Source of the DNA: Nemertoderma westbladi
Taxonomy: Eukaryota; Animalia; Xenacoelomorpha
Assembly: GCA_032718475.1 (NCBI GenBank)
Contig: JAUCBJ010006094.1
Location: forward strand, 1 to 47,283
Direction of reading: 5' to 3'
Length of the DNA stretch: 47,283 nt
The position numbers and the translations under genes were made by a program. Positions 12,589-25,937 of the stretch are shown piece after piece (position 1 is the stretch's first letter; every line of letters begins with the position of its first letter). The notes under the pieces were generated by a model that saw nothing but the letters and a program-made list of their open reading frames with translations, searched no databases and was not told the DNA's origin.

Positions 12589-13729
12589 ATTATCTTCTAC
12601 TGCGGCATCAAACGCGTCCGTCTGGCCGTTGTCTGTTCCGCATCGGTAGCGGTACTGGTACCGGTACCGCCAGGGTATTGGTATCGATCGAGCCTCGCCA
12701 CGTGCGGCCGTCGCTACGAATCCGTCGTCTCACTGAACCTCCGCTCGCTACATCCACGCACAGGAGTTTCTCTCCCTCGAGAAACATCGCTCGTTATAAT
12801 AATGCAGTTTGCAGTTGTGAATAAATTAGAGAAATAGGCCTACGCCTGTACACTAATACACAGTAATACTGGAAGACCAGAGTCTGTGATTTTAGATAGC
12901 AGTACAGCAGTAGGACAACACAGTACAGTACCCCCCACTCAGGTTTGGCCAGACTGCCAACACACAGCTAAACCCTGTCAGAGAAGATCTGCATGAAAAT
13001 GAATTCTGTTTGAAGTTTCTGAAAGAGGTTATGATTATGTTTACCTCGTTTTTTTGTGGGTTATTTTGCTGAAAATCGGGATAACAGCAGTGCCATAACA
13101 ACGCGATTTCATGCACGTTTAGAAGGTTATTAAGCCGTTTGAAGTTTAATCACATTTCCATAGCCAAATTTAATATGCCGCACCAAAATAATTTACCAAA
13201 ACAAACCTAATACTAAGCCTATATTTAGGAAGGTACTGCAATAGAATAATGAAAAGTTTCAAAGTCTTGTATCTTCGGTTCTCCTTGATGAAATTGGCTG
13301 ATTTTAAGTTTTTTAGTATCAGCTTTATTTTATCTTTATATGCATACCAAGAACTACTTACTGCGACCGAGAATAATCTTATTTGAAAATATATTTATAA
13401 GAATGTAATTTTGATGCATTAGAATGTTTTAAAATTTTTGATAAAAACCAAACCTTATGAGAATTTTCTGAAAACAATGTTATTAGTTAGGTAAGTAGAG
13501 TGGGCTGATTCAGAATCTGAAACCTGTTTTTTATTTAGACTCATAGTTCGGGAATTATAATGGTCCAAAGTACATGGAAAAAAACCATTTCAAATTTCCC
13601 GTTTTTTTAGATTTCGATACTTTGTCTACCCCCCTATTATCGATGATTATAAACATTTTTGACTTTTAAACTTATTCAATAAAGTGAATCCTTCCTGGTC
13701 GAAATCCCGATTGAAAATATTACATATCC

Positions 13730-15138
13730 TATATGCTATATGCTATATACTATATGCTATGCTATATGCTATGCTATATGCTATATGCGTATGCTATATG
13801 TCATATGTTATATGTTATGCTATATGCCATGTTATGCTATTTGCTATGGTATATACAATGTTATATGCTATGTTATGTTATATGCTATATTACATGCTAT
13901 CCTATATGATATATGCTATATGCTATATGCTATATACTATATGTCATATGTTATATTATTAGGCTATATGCCATGTTATGCTATATGCTATGGTATGTAC
14001 AATGTTATATGCTATATGATATAGTACATGCTATGTTATATGCTATATGCTATATGCTATATATCATATGCTATATGTCATATGTTATGCTATATGCCGT
14101 GTTATGATATATGCCATGGTATATACAATGTTATATGCTATATGTTATGTTATATGCTATAGTACATGCTATCCTATATGATATAGGCTATATGGTATAT
14201 GTTATATGCTATATGTTATATGTTAGGCTAGGCTATATGCCATGTTATGCTATATGCTATGGTATATACAATGTTATATGCTATATGTTGTTATATGATA
14301 TAGTACATGCTTTGTTATATGCTATATGATATATGCTATGCTATATGCTTGCTATATGTTATATGCTATATCTCATATGCTATATGTCATATGCTATATG
14401 CTATATGTCATATTCTATGTTATATGTTATATGTTATGCTATATGCTTGCTATATGTCATATGCTATATGTCATATGCTATATGTCATATGCTATATGTC
14501 ATATGCTATATGTCATATTCTATGTTATATGTTATGCTATATGCCATGTTATGCTATATGCTATGGTATATACAATGTTATATGCTATATGTTATGTTAT
14601 ATGATATAGTACATGCTATGTCATATGCTATATGCTATGGTATATATACTGTTATATGCTATATGTTATGTTATATGATATAGTACATGCTATGTTATAT
14701 GCTATATGCTATATGTCATATGCTATATGCTATGCTATGTTATATGCTATATGTCATATGCTATATGTTATAAGTTATGCTATATGCTATGGTATATAAA
14801 ATGTTTATGATATGTGTTGTTATATGATATAGTACATGCTATGTTATATGCCATCTGCTATGCTATATGCTATGGTATATATAATGTTATATACTATATG
14901 TTATGTTATATGATATAGTACATGCTATGTTATATGCTATATGCTATATGTCATATGCTATATGTTATAAGTTATGCTATATGCTATGGTATATACAATG
15001 TTATATGATATATGTTATGTTATATGATATAGTACATGCTATGTTATATGCTATATTCTATATGCTATGTGCTATACTCTATATGCTATATGTTATATGT
15101 TATGCTATATGCCATGTTATGCTATATGCTATGCTATA
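13730..15138. repeat. Low-complexity satellite of tatgc/tatgt/tatat motifs with higher-order units
   Basis: Directly visible; source of the MLYAICY ORFs. Confidence 0.95.
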
Positions 15139-15293
15139 TTTTGTTGCAACATCCTCCGAATATGCAATGTCACATAATAACCTTCAAATTCAATAATTCG
15201 AATCAAATAATTATAGGGGCCCTACAGTAAATCACAAACTTGCAATAAATAATGTTTCAAAGTAACAACAAGTTTCAAAGAAACCGTTAATTT

Positions 15294-15548
15294 TTAAATA
15301 GTAGCAAAGATAATTAAAAGGAGTACAATGTTTACGTAGTTACTATAGTAACTAGTAGCCAATGAGATTGACTGCTTGTTGCAGTTGTCATCTCGGCAAC
15401 AGGTCTCCATTCTGTGTCCATTAATCTCCCCTGTCTGCCAGTCGTGTAGATCAGACAGGTCCGTCTTATTATAGAATGAGTCGGTGCAGGTCCCTCCGCA
15501 GTGTCTGTATACCGTCGCGTTACCGGATAGGTCTGTGAGACGAATCAC
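15294..15548 (-). CDS. Last exon: C-terminal half of the Ly6/uPAR domain plus GPI-anchor signal
   Basis: VIRLTDLSGNATVYRHCGGTC...TCCRDDNCN-KQSISLATSYYSNYVNIVLLLIIFATI*; acceptor ccaag|GTG gives 10 Cys in total; an in-frame alternative acceptor at 15605 would add an 11th Cys. Confidence 0.85.
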   Translation of the reverse strand: MIRLTDLSGNATVYRHCGGTCTDSFYNKTDLSDLHDWQTGEINGHRMETCCRDDNCNKQSISLATSYYSNYVNIVLLLIIFATI

Positions 15549-18500
15549 CTTGGATACAGAGAGTTGGCAACTAATCAACTCGTAGAATACTAATAAGTCG
15601 TCGGTCTAAAACACTACAAGTATGTCGGATATAATAGTTATGGTAGGCCGACATTGTCTGTCCGACATCCGAAATCTATCATTTTTTAAATCCTTTTTAA
15701 CAATTTTTTTACTCATTTTTTTTACTTTGTTATTTGATATATATATATATACATATATAGGCCTAGTAGTAAAAAAAATTAGGTAAAAAAAATGAGGGCG
15801 GTTTTGCGACCCATTTAGCCAGTAGTGCATGTACACTCGAATTTAAAATTTAGAAAATAAAAAAAAATTATTAAAAAACAATGCAATAATTATTGAATTG
15901 AACAACGTTTAGTAAGAAAACACAAAATAATGCGAAGTAAGTAAAATCTATGTAGGCCTATTATTTTTAATAGGCCTATTGTCTACAGTAGATGACATAT
16001 CGTCAACACAGAATAATACAACATACCCAACAAGCTTTGTAGTCGGTTTTGGCGTTACAGTTGGTAACGACTCCCCCACCTTCTAATCCGCAATCGTCGT
16101 CTGTACCACTGCAAGCGTAGCAGCTAGAAACTACCTGTAACGTATTTAACATTCATAGATAGTAACTACATGTTACGCTACATTCATAGACAGTAACTAC
16201 ATGTTACGCTACATTCATAGACAGTAACTACATGTTACGCTACATTCATAGACAGTAACTACACATTCCTTACATTCATAGACAGTAACTACCTGTAACA
16301 TTTCATTCATAGATAGTAACTAACTGTAACGTTACATAGGCAGTAACTACCTGTAACGTTACATTTATATATAGTAACTACCTGTAACATTACATTCATA
16401 GATAGTAACTACATGTTACGCTACATTCATAGATAGTAACTACATGTTACGCTACATTCATAGACAGTAACTAACTGTAACGTTACATTTATAGACAGTA
16501 GCTACACGTTCGTTACATTTATAGACACTAGCTACCTGTAACGTTACATTGACAGCAACTACCTGTAACATTACATTCATAGATAGTAACTACCTGTAAC
16601 GTTACATAGACAGTAACTACCTGTAACGTTACATAGACAGTAACTACCTGTAACGTTACATTCATAGATAGTAACTACCTGTAACGTTACATAGACAGTA
16701 ACTAACTGTAACGTTACATTTATAGACAGTAGCTACACGTTCGTTACATTTATAGACACTAACTACCTGTAACGTTACATTGACAGCAACTACCTGTAAC
16801 ATTACATTCATAGATAGTAACTACCTGTAACGTTACATAGACAGTAACTACCTGTAACGTTACATAGACAGTAACTACCTGTAACGTTACATTCATAGAT
16901 AGTAACTAACTGTAACGATACCTAGACAGTAACTACCTGTAACGTTACATAGACAGTAACTACCTGTAACATTACATTCATAGATAGTAACTACCTGTAA
17001 CGTTACATTCATAGACACTAACTAACTGTAACGTTACATAGACAGTAACTACCTGTAACGTTACATAGACAGTAACTACCTGTAACGTTACATAGACAGT
17101 AACTACCTGTAACGTTACATAGACACTAACTACCTGTAACGTTACATAGACAGTAACTACCTGTAACGTTAAATTCATAGACAGTAACTACCTGTAACGT
17201 TACATAGACAGTAACTACCAGTAACGTTACATAGACAGTAACTACCTGTAACGTTACATAGACAGTAACTACCTGTAACGTTACATAGACAGTAACTACC
17301 TGTAACGTTACATTCATAGACACAAACTACCTGTAACGTTACTTAGACAGTAACTACCTGTAACGTTACATAGACAGTAACTACCTGTAACGTTACATAG
17401 ACTGTAACTACCTGTAACGTTACATAGACAGTAACTACCTGTAACGTTACATAGACAGTAACTACCTGTAACGTTACATAGACAGTAACTACCTGTAACA
17501 TTACATTCATAGATAGTAACTACCTGTAACGTTACATAGACAGTAACTACCTGCAACGTTACATAGACAGTAACTACCTGTAACATTACATTCATAGATA
17601 GTAACTACCTGTAACGTTACATAGACAGTAACTACCTGTAACGTTATATAGATAGTAACTAACTGTAACGTTACATAGACAGTAACTACCTGTAACATTA
17701 CATTCATAGATAGTAACTACCTGTAACGTTACATAGACAGTAACTACCTGTAACGTTATATAGATAGTAACTAACTGTAACGTTACATAGACAGTAACTA
17801 CCTGTAACGTTACATTCATAGACACAAACTACCTGTAACGTTACATAGACAGTAACTACCTGTAACGTTACATTGACAGTAACTACCTGTAACGTTACAT
17901 TCATAGACACTAACTACCTGTAACGTTACATAGACAGTAACTACCTGTAACGTTACATAGACAGTAACTACCTGTAACGTTACATAGACAGTAACTACCT
18001 GTAACGTTACATTCATAGACACTAACTACCTGTAACGTTACATAGACAGTAACTACCTGTAACGTTACATTCATAGACACTAACTAACTGTAACGTTACA
18101 TAGACAGTAACTACCTGTAACGTTACATTCATAGACAGTAACTACCTGTAACGTTACATAGACAGTAACTACCTGTAACATTACATTCATAGATAGTAAC
18201 TACCTGTAACGTTACATAGACAGTAACTACCTGTAACATTATATAGATAGTAACTAACTGTAACGTTACATAGACAGTAACTACCTGTAACATTACATTC
18301 ATAGATAGTAACTACCTGTAACGTTACATAGACAGTAACTACCTGTAACGTTATATAGATAGTAACTAACTGTAACGTTACATAGACAGTAACTACCTGT
18401 AACGTTACATTCATAGACACAAACTACCTGTAACGTTACATAGACAGTAACTACCTGTAACGTTACATAGACAGTAACTACCTGTAACGTTACATTCATA

Positions 18501-21500
18501 GACACTAACTACCTGTAACGTTACATAGACAGTAACTACCTGTAACATTACATTCATAGATAGTAACTAACTGTAACGTTACATAGACAGTAACTACCTG
18601 TAACGTTACATTCATAGACAGTAACTACCTGTAAACGTTACATTTATATATAGTAACTACCTGTAACATTACATTCATAGATAGTAACTACCTGTAACAT
18701 TACATTCATAGATAGTAACTACCTGTAACGTTACATAGACAGTAACTACCTGTAACATTATATAGATAGTAACTAACTGTAACGTTACATAGACAGAAAC
18801 TACCTGTAACATTACATTCATAGATAGTAACTAACTGTAACGTTACATAGACAGAAACTACCTGTAACATTACATTCATAGATAGTAACTACATGTTACG
18901 CTACATTCATAGATAGTAACTACATGTTACGCTACATTCATAGACAGTAACTAACTGTAACGTTACATTTATAGACAGTAGCTACACGTTCGTTACATTT
19001 ATAGACACTAGCTACCTGTAACGTTACATTGACAGCAACTACCTGTAACATTACATTCATAGATAGTAACTACCTGTAACGTTACATAGACAGTAACTAC
19101 CTGTAACGTTACATAGACAGTAACTAACTGTAACGTTACATAGACAGTAACTACCTGTAGTTACAAAGGAAGTACATAGCAGCTAAAGTACAGAAAATCA
19201 CAAACATTAAATACAATAATGTTACAGGGATCGCCATGCAGGTAAAGTAGAGTGGCATATCAGATAAACTGTATCTCCATTAATGATTTATAAAAAACTA
19301 ACTAGTTTGTTGCACTTTATTGTGTCCATCGTCGTTTTATTTTCACACACTCGCTATGTTCGTCCGTGGATCAAACTACTCGGATCGACACATTGTAAAG
19401 ATATTTCAAATTGTAATTAGTTAAAAAAAAGTGTAAGAAAAATAAATCTTAGTTACAGATCAGAAAGAATCATTAACTTTAGGGTGTAAACCAAACTTTT
19501 ATAGCATTGTGATTGACGCAGCGGAGCTTAACATAGAAAAAGTATTTTCAAACAAATAAAATAAAGACACAGATTTGGGTTCAAGGAAGCAGATAAACAG
19601 CAATTATTTTAATGTATATGTATATATACTTACCGCTTCTGCACAAAGGAGCAAAATAAAAATTAACAAATTTAGAGAGATAAAGTGCGGGATCAGTGTA
19701 ATTTATATCGATTTACCTTAATTACAAATTAATGTAAAGGTAATTGTTGTAGAATTACGGGTGAAAACAATAAACGAGAGTTATAAATATTACATATAAC
19801 ATCATGATGTGTGTGTAGGCATTAGCTGCCAATGCAACGGTGAGTATACACTTTATTAAAAACGTACAAAATATACAAAATAAGTTGAGGTTGAAAAAAT
19901 GGAGTGGTCTTGGTGAAAGTAATTGTGTATAACAATCATAGTGGATTCCATTCAAAGCTAAACGATGTAATTAATTTATATTTAATATATTTAAACAATT
20001 AAATAACTGTTCATAGTAACAAAATATATTTGTTCAAAATTATCAATGTCCTTAACCAAGTGTTTATAACACCTTAAATAACAACTAACTTGTACATATC
20101 CCGTCTAATCCTTTCTTGTAACCGGGGCTACAGTGACATTTATCTTCGTCTAATACTTCCGGTGTTACGTCACCACCTACACCGCAATCACATTGGTAGG
20201 TGTTGTAGTTGCAATCAACCGCTATGGATCATAAGAATGATACTCACTTATAAAACAGAAAATTTGTCCATTTGAAATTTTTCACAAGAAAATATCTTCG
20301 CCCAAAAGTGGAGAAGTAAAAGTTACTATAGCGGCTACATTTATTTTATAGGCTACAAAGGAATAATGAGTGACGGATGGGGGGGGGGGGGGGGGTGGGG
20401 TTGTCTTGACGCAAATCCTGTCTAGGTGAAGCAATATCTCGCCTCAGTGTTAAATTATATTTTAAAGGAAAGGAGCAGGTTACATTGGCACATTATTCTA
20501 AACAAAACAATAAACTAAAGTTAATAGAACAGTTTATTCAAAACTCATTCATTTGCATCAACATTAAGTATCTTAAAAAATATAAAAAAACATTTAACAA
20601 TTTATTGCAATGGGTGTATTAAATGCAACTTCCAGCCAAATACATTCCATAACCAAACTTTATAATAATCGTCTCCATCAAAAATATGCGAGGTTTGAAT
20701 GAAATGAAAATTTTCATAAAAGCGAGCCATAAGAAAACCGGTGATGTAAAGGCCATGTTTCAATAATTAAAGGTTACAGTTTTATTTTTGGGAGTAATCA
20801 GCTGTTAGTTTCGTCGATTTTCCCGGAGAGGGTTGAATTTTGCTTGCGTCGAAAATCCCCCCTCTGCTCTGGTAATAATAATAAATTCATGACATCATAT
20901 GCAAAAGCAATAAAATGTTCTATCCTATCTATTACTAAAATATATGGAAGCAATCTGTCCAGACCGGGTTGTTCCCTGGAGACAATTTAAATTTACACAG
21001 ATCCGTGGGATTATTGATCAAAATTAAATGACAGCGTCACCTATGTCTCTAACCTTTGCAGTAGGGTTCCCGTGTATTTGTATCGAACTTTAGAGTGAAG
21101 CCGACGTGGCACTTACATACGGAACCGACACAACGCGCCCCACAACCGTATAGAAGACCCGAGTCGGAAACAACGGGTTTCTTGCAATAATCTACAAACA
21201 TATGAATTAATATCGTATATGTCTATAAGTATAAGGCGGTATAAACACTGTTTAGGACAGTTTAAATGTTTAGGATGCATTATTGCTACCGAGGACTAGT
21301 CTACTAACCTAGTAGAGTTTAGTACTCAAGAAAAATTTGTACCTTTACATTAACAACCAATATGGGACTAGTTATGGTTAAGTTTTCGTGTGTATTAACA
21401 GTTTGCTAACCAGTGCAGCTCCCATCACCTTTCTTAGTGTAACCAAGGCGACACCCGCAAGTCGAAACATCTTGTGTCTCGTAGCAACTACAGGCAGGAT

Positions 21501-24500
21501 CATTCGGCTCACATTCAATTTCTAGAAATATAAATAGACAATAAATACAAAAGCAAAAGTAAATTAATAACATGAATTATTTATATAATTAATGAAACCG
21601 AACCAGAGCCGTGAGCACATTTGAACGTTTGAAAAAAAAATATTGAATCAATCTATACTAAATAAAATTATTAAACCTACTACGGACAAACAGCCGACAA
21701 TATCTCTCGACAGACAGACAAAATTTGTCTGTTTAACTGACCTTCACATGTTCTCTTTTTGGTTGACTGGTACCCAGGTAGACAGTTACAACTTGGTACA
21801 ATGGAGGATGGGTTACAGGCACAGCCTGGTTTACCCTAGAAATCAGAGACAGACAAATTAGTTATAATTTATTAATTAACAATTAAAGAATAAAGATATA
21901 AATTAGCAACACCTAACCGACCTCATTACATTCAGTAACGCATTCCCCAACATCGCCCCCAGTAGGTATCGGAATGTAGCCCGGACGACATTCACATGTC
22001 TCGAACTGGTCGGAATCGCCACGGAAACAGGAACATTTCCGATATTCATCGGGAATTTGTTCGTCCGGTAGACAAGCCGCTAGGAAATAATATCATAAAT
22101 AAATTAATTAAATTGTAGGCGTAACAGACCTAGTAGCTTAATCAACTGTTTAACAAACAATGGGCATAAATTTAATTTGAAAGGTCCAACCTCGGCGAAG
22201 TGGTTTAATCTAACGTCTTGAATTCACATCTCTCCGAAGGTCGGGGGTTCGACCCCGCTTTGGGGCCCAAGGGAGTTTTAATTTCGGTATTTTAAAGGTA
22301 CTAGCTAGCAATCAGGGCGCATCTCTGTCTTGAATAATTAAATTTTTATCTAAATGAATACTGGAGGGTGTTGTTACTGCCGGCCTACCGTTACCAATAG
22401 CATTAATGTTTATACGCGTTGCTAAGTTACTTACGGATACATTTGGACAGCGCTGGATCGACAATAAAACCATGGATACAGTCGCAGACTAGTTCCGATT
22501 CGTCACATACACAAATTCCGACCTGTCCCACGGCATTGGGGTTGCATGTGGCTAAGAAATAATGCAATATAATAATATATATAATAACATTTTTTTTTAC
22601 ATTATATGATAACTTAACACGTTAAACTCTTATAACCTAAGAAAATAAAGTTCCAGTACCGTTATTTGCCCGGACCACCAAAATTATATTGTTTTTTTGT
22701 CCAGTAAGGTAGAAAACATAAAATATGTTGCTTTTTTTCCCAACCATATCGAAATATTCGTATAATATTTTGTTTCCATGGCAACTATATTACACTAACG
22801 GTTGCAGCTCCTGATTCCATCCGATCGGTGTATAACTGACGTGTAGCCGGGCTCGCACTTACAACTCCAGAAGTCGGTGGGGTCTGTACAGATACAGTGG
22901 TCCTGGCTGGGGCCTTCGCAATCGTAAGCTACAAGAAAGTCAACATCTATTACGGTAAATAACAAACTATAAGCTCTATAAATGGGCAAAGAAACCTAAA
23001 ATAAGTAAGGTAGTCTTTCCTTGGATTGGACAATAAAAAGGGATATTGATGTTCCGCACTAAGAATTACAAATAAAAAATTGAATTAATTTAATTTATAT
23101 AATGATAAGGGGGGGGGGGGGGACTGGACGCAAAACCCGCCTTGGCGAATTAATATCCCGCCTTAATGTTAAATTCTCAATTTAGGGAAAGGAGCAGGTT
23201 ACAGTGGCACGTTATTTTAACCAAAACAATAAACTAAATACAATAGAACAAGTTACTAACATAACTGTTTACTCACGTATGCAAGTTTTCACCAGACCAT
23301 CAGGGAACCTATTGTCTGGTTCCCAACCGGACTTGTACCCCGGCATACAGCGACAAGTCCAGACGTTGTGGTGTTGAGTTATGTCGCAAAGACAGAAATC
23401 CTCTGATCCTAAATCCTCACACTCGTAGGCTATAAACATAAAGGAATACGATGAAATACTAACTAATCATAAATAATAATGTTAAAGCAGTTCACACACA
23501 TAGAGTGTTCACAAAGATTATTTAAATATGATATGTGTGGGGTGACTCAGCAGTTCTCCAGTATCCCGCTAGAGGGACCAGTTATTGCGTGAAGACCCCA
23601 CGAACGTGTTACCTTCACCTCGTATACCGATCGTTGTTGGTTTCTTTAAGGTTTCCACTTTTGAATTAACAGTTTAATGCATTTGGGTTTATTTGAATTA
23701 GGCCTACTGAAAATTTGAAAGTATTAATTGTAGCACCAGTGTCTAATAAAATAATACTCTCTAAACTTATACAGTAGTTTTTGAGTACAGACGATATTCC
23801 AGAACATCACGCATATTAAACTGTTACAAAATATTAGTAAACAGATTACGTAATTTGAATAAATTAATTTATTATAAATAATATGGATTTCTCACAAGAA
23901 AAACCTCTTGTGGATAATAAATTTGACTTTTAAAGAAAATATAGAACTTTTTTTTCACCCAACTTTAGGGTGTATACGAGCTAAAAAGTAATAATTTGAA
24001 AATAAATTACTTTTTTCTTCATTTGCACTAATTAAAGTGTTTATCTTTCATTTTATTTCATTTCCTTATATTCAGTATAAACTACTGAGTGTCAGACTCA
24101 CTCAGTCCAACTTGTATGTAAATACTAACGGACACACGTCCCGTCCCACACAGTTTTCAATCCATGTTCACAATGACAGGGTCTGTCGTCTGTGCAGATG
24201 CACCCGGCAGAGCCTTGAACGCAGACAGGCCTACACAGAGCGCCCTGATCAGGTACAAAGCCCGGCAGACAGCGGCACGTTTCGCCAACGCAGTCGCAGT
24301 TGTATGATACCAGGGAACATAAATCTAAGCAAAAAAAATCACACGACGAATTAATATATCCAATTAGGTTATATATTTCAACAGTTACTGTGTACAATAA
24401 TAATTTAATTTAAATTATACATTATAAACTTTAATTTAAGTTATTAAATGTTAAATTAATGATTGTTTCTCACCGGTAATATTATAGTGAATGCATACCA

Positions 24501-25903
24501 GCTGTGAATTAGGCCTTAATAAAAGGCCCTAAGAAAAATTAATTAAAATTACAACAATTAATTATAAAGACTAGACTGCTACTATTGATCTAAATTAATG
24601 ATTTTTTTTATAATTACAAATTTAAATTAATTGCTGATGTAGATTTTGCACCTGCATAAGCATGCAGCATTTCCATATCGGTTGGTTATATATAGACATA
24701 TATGGACATATATATAGACTTTTGTACTGGTAGGCCTACTGTTTTTGGAAATAAGTCTGAACGTACTGGAACCATCATATTATTGTGCTTTCTTACCTTG
24801 ACAGACTGGTAGCCAGCTGTCCACAGTCGCCACGGAATAATGTCTGAGCCGCACATTGGCGGCTGCTGATTGGCTCTCCGCCGTACAATTAGCCATACAC
24901 ATTCGTTCGTAACGCCATCTGGCGTTATCGAAGTAAATTACAGAGACGAGACCCGGTTTACATCGGCACCGCAAGAGTGTTTCCGGTGATTCATCAACGT
25001 CAAAGCCAGCCGCACAGTTGGTACAACCAGAGCTACCCGGCTCACAGAGGTAACCTATAGAAAACAACGTGTAAATAGGTATGGGGGGGGGGGGGGGGGG
25101 GGGGGGGGTCACGTTGATGATAAAAGTTAAAAAAAAAAAAATATAAGATAAATTATTTTAGAGACAATATTGGTGTTAAAAATATTGGTTAACTTTCTTT
25201 TAAAGTATATTGGGCAGAAATATATATATTGGTAAGCATGTTTTCTATTTGCACATATTAATGTTACCGTACCGTATATAGGCCTACTGCTGTAGTATTA
25301 CGTTAATATTTTGACGGTTAAGACGGTTGGAGGTGTCTGCTTAACGTTTACGCCCCACATTATTTTAAGATACATAGCTGAGAAATTAAAACTTATGAAG
25401 TACGACTTAGATTATGTTATATTAATAAAAAATTTATATATTTAAATTCACTCGCTGTTTAAACTATACTCACCAGGTTATAAATCACACACAGTAAAAA
25501 GATCTACATCATAATAATATCCATCTTACTGTTTACCTATGTTGCTATAGTAATACGAATAAATATGCTTGAAGGCGACTAACCTCGGCAATATCTCCCG
25601 TCTGTATTCACAATATCAGTGGTATATCCATTCATACACTGGCAACTTTGTTCGCTGCCGAGAAAGTAACATTCGCACCAGGGTACACCGGCGGTGCATT
25701 GGTTAGGAGAACAGGTTAGGTCCCATCTTAGTCTGCGCGTTGAGTCGCAATGACACCCAGTCTGTGGTTGGCAACGACACCCCAGACTATGGCGCACGCA
25801 CTGGTCTGTACGATAATGTATACAAATTAATTGTTCGACCTGATTTTCAATTAAATTACCCTTTATCGCTATTTATCAAATTGTGTGTCTGTCTTTCTGT
25901 CTA

Positions 25904-25937
<34 letters not shown>

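Noticed and set aside
12880-13730. Possible DNA-transposon remnant
   Set aside because: No TIR pair or TSD found by eye
13684-15230. Many MLYAICY ORFs
   Set aside because: Simple-repeat translations
19150-19237. Signal-peptide-like MAIPVTLLYLMFVIFCTLAA as a first exon for a standalone Ly6 gene
   Set aside because: Needs a weak gtagtt donor and a different acceptor, and adds an odd Cys; the microexon model has much stronger signals. Not fully excluded
19634-19697. IPHFISLNLLIFILLLCAEA as a signal-peptide exon
   Set aside because: In-frame TAA upstream and no ATG; the hydrophobicity comes from the microexon's pyrimidine tract
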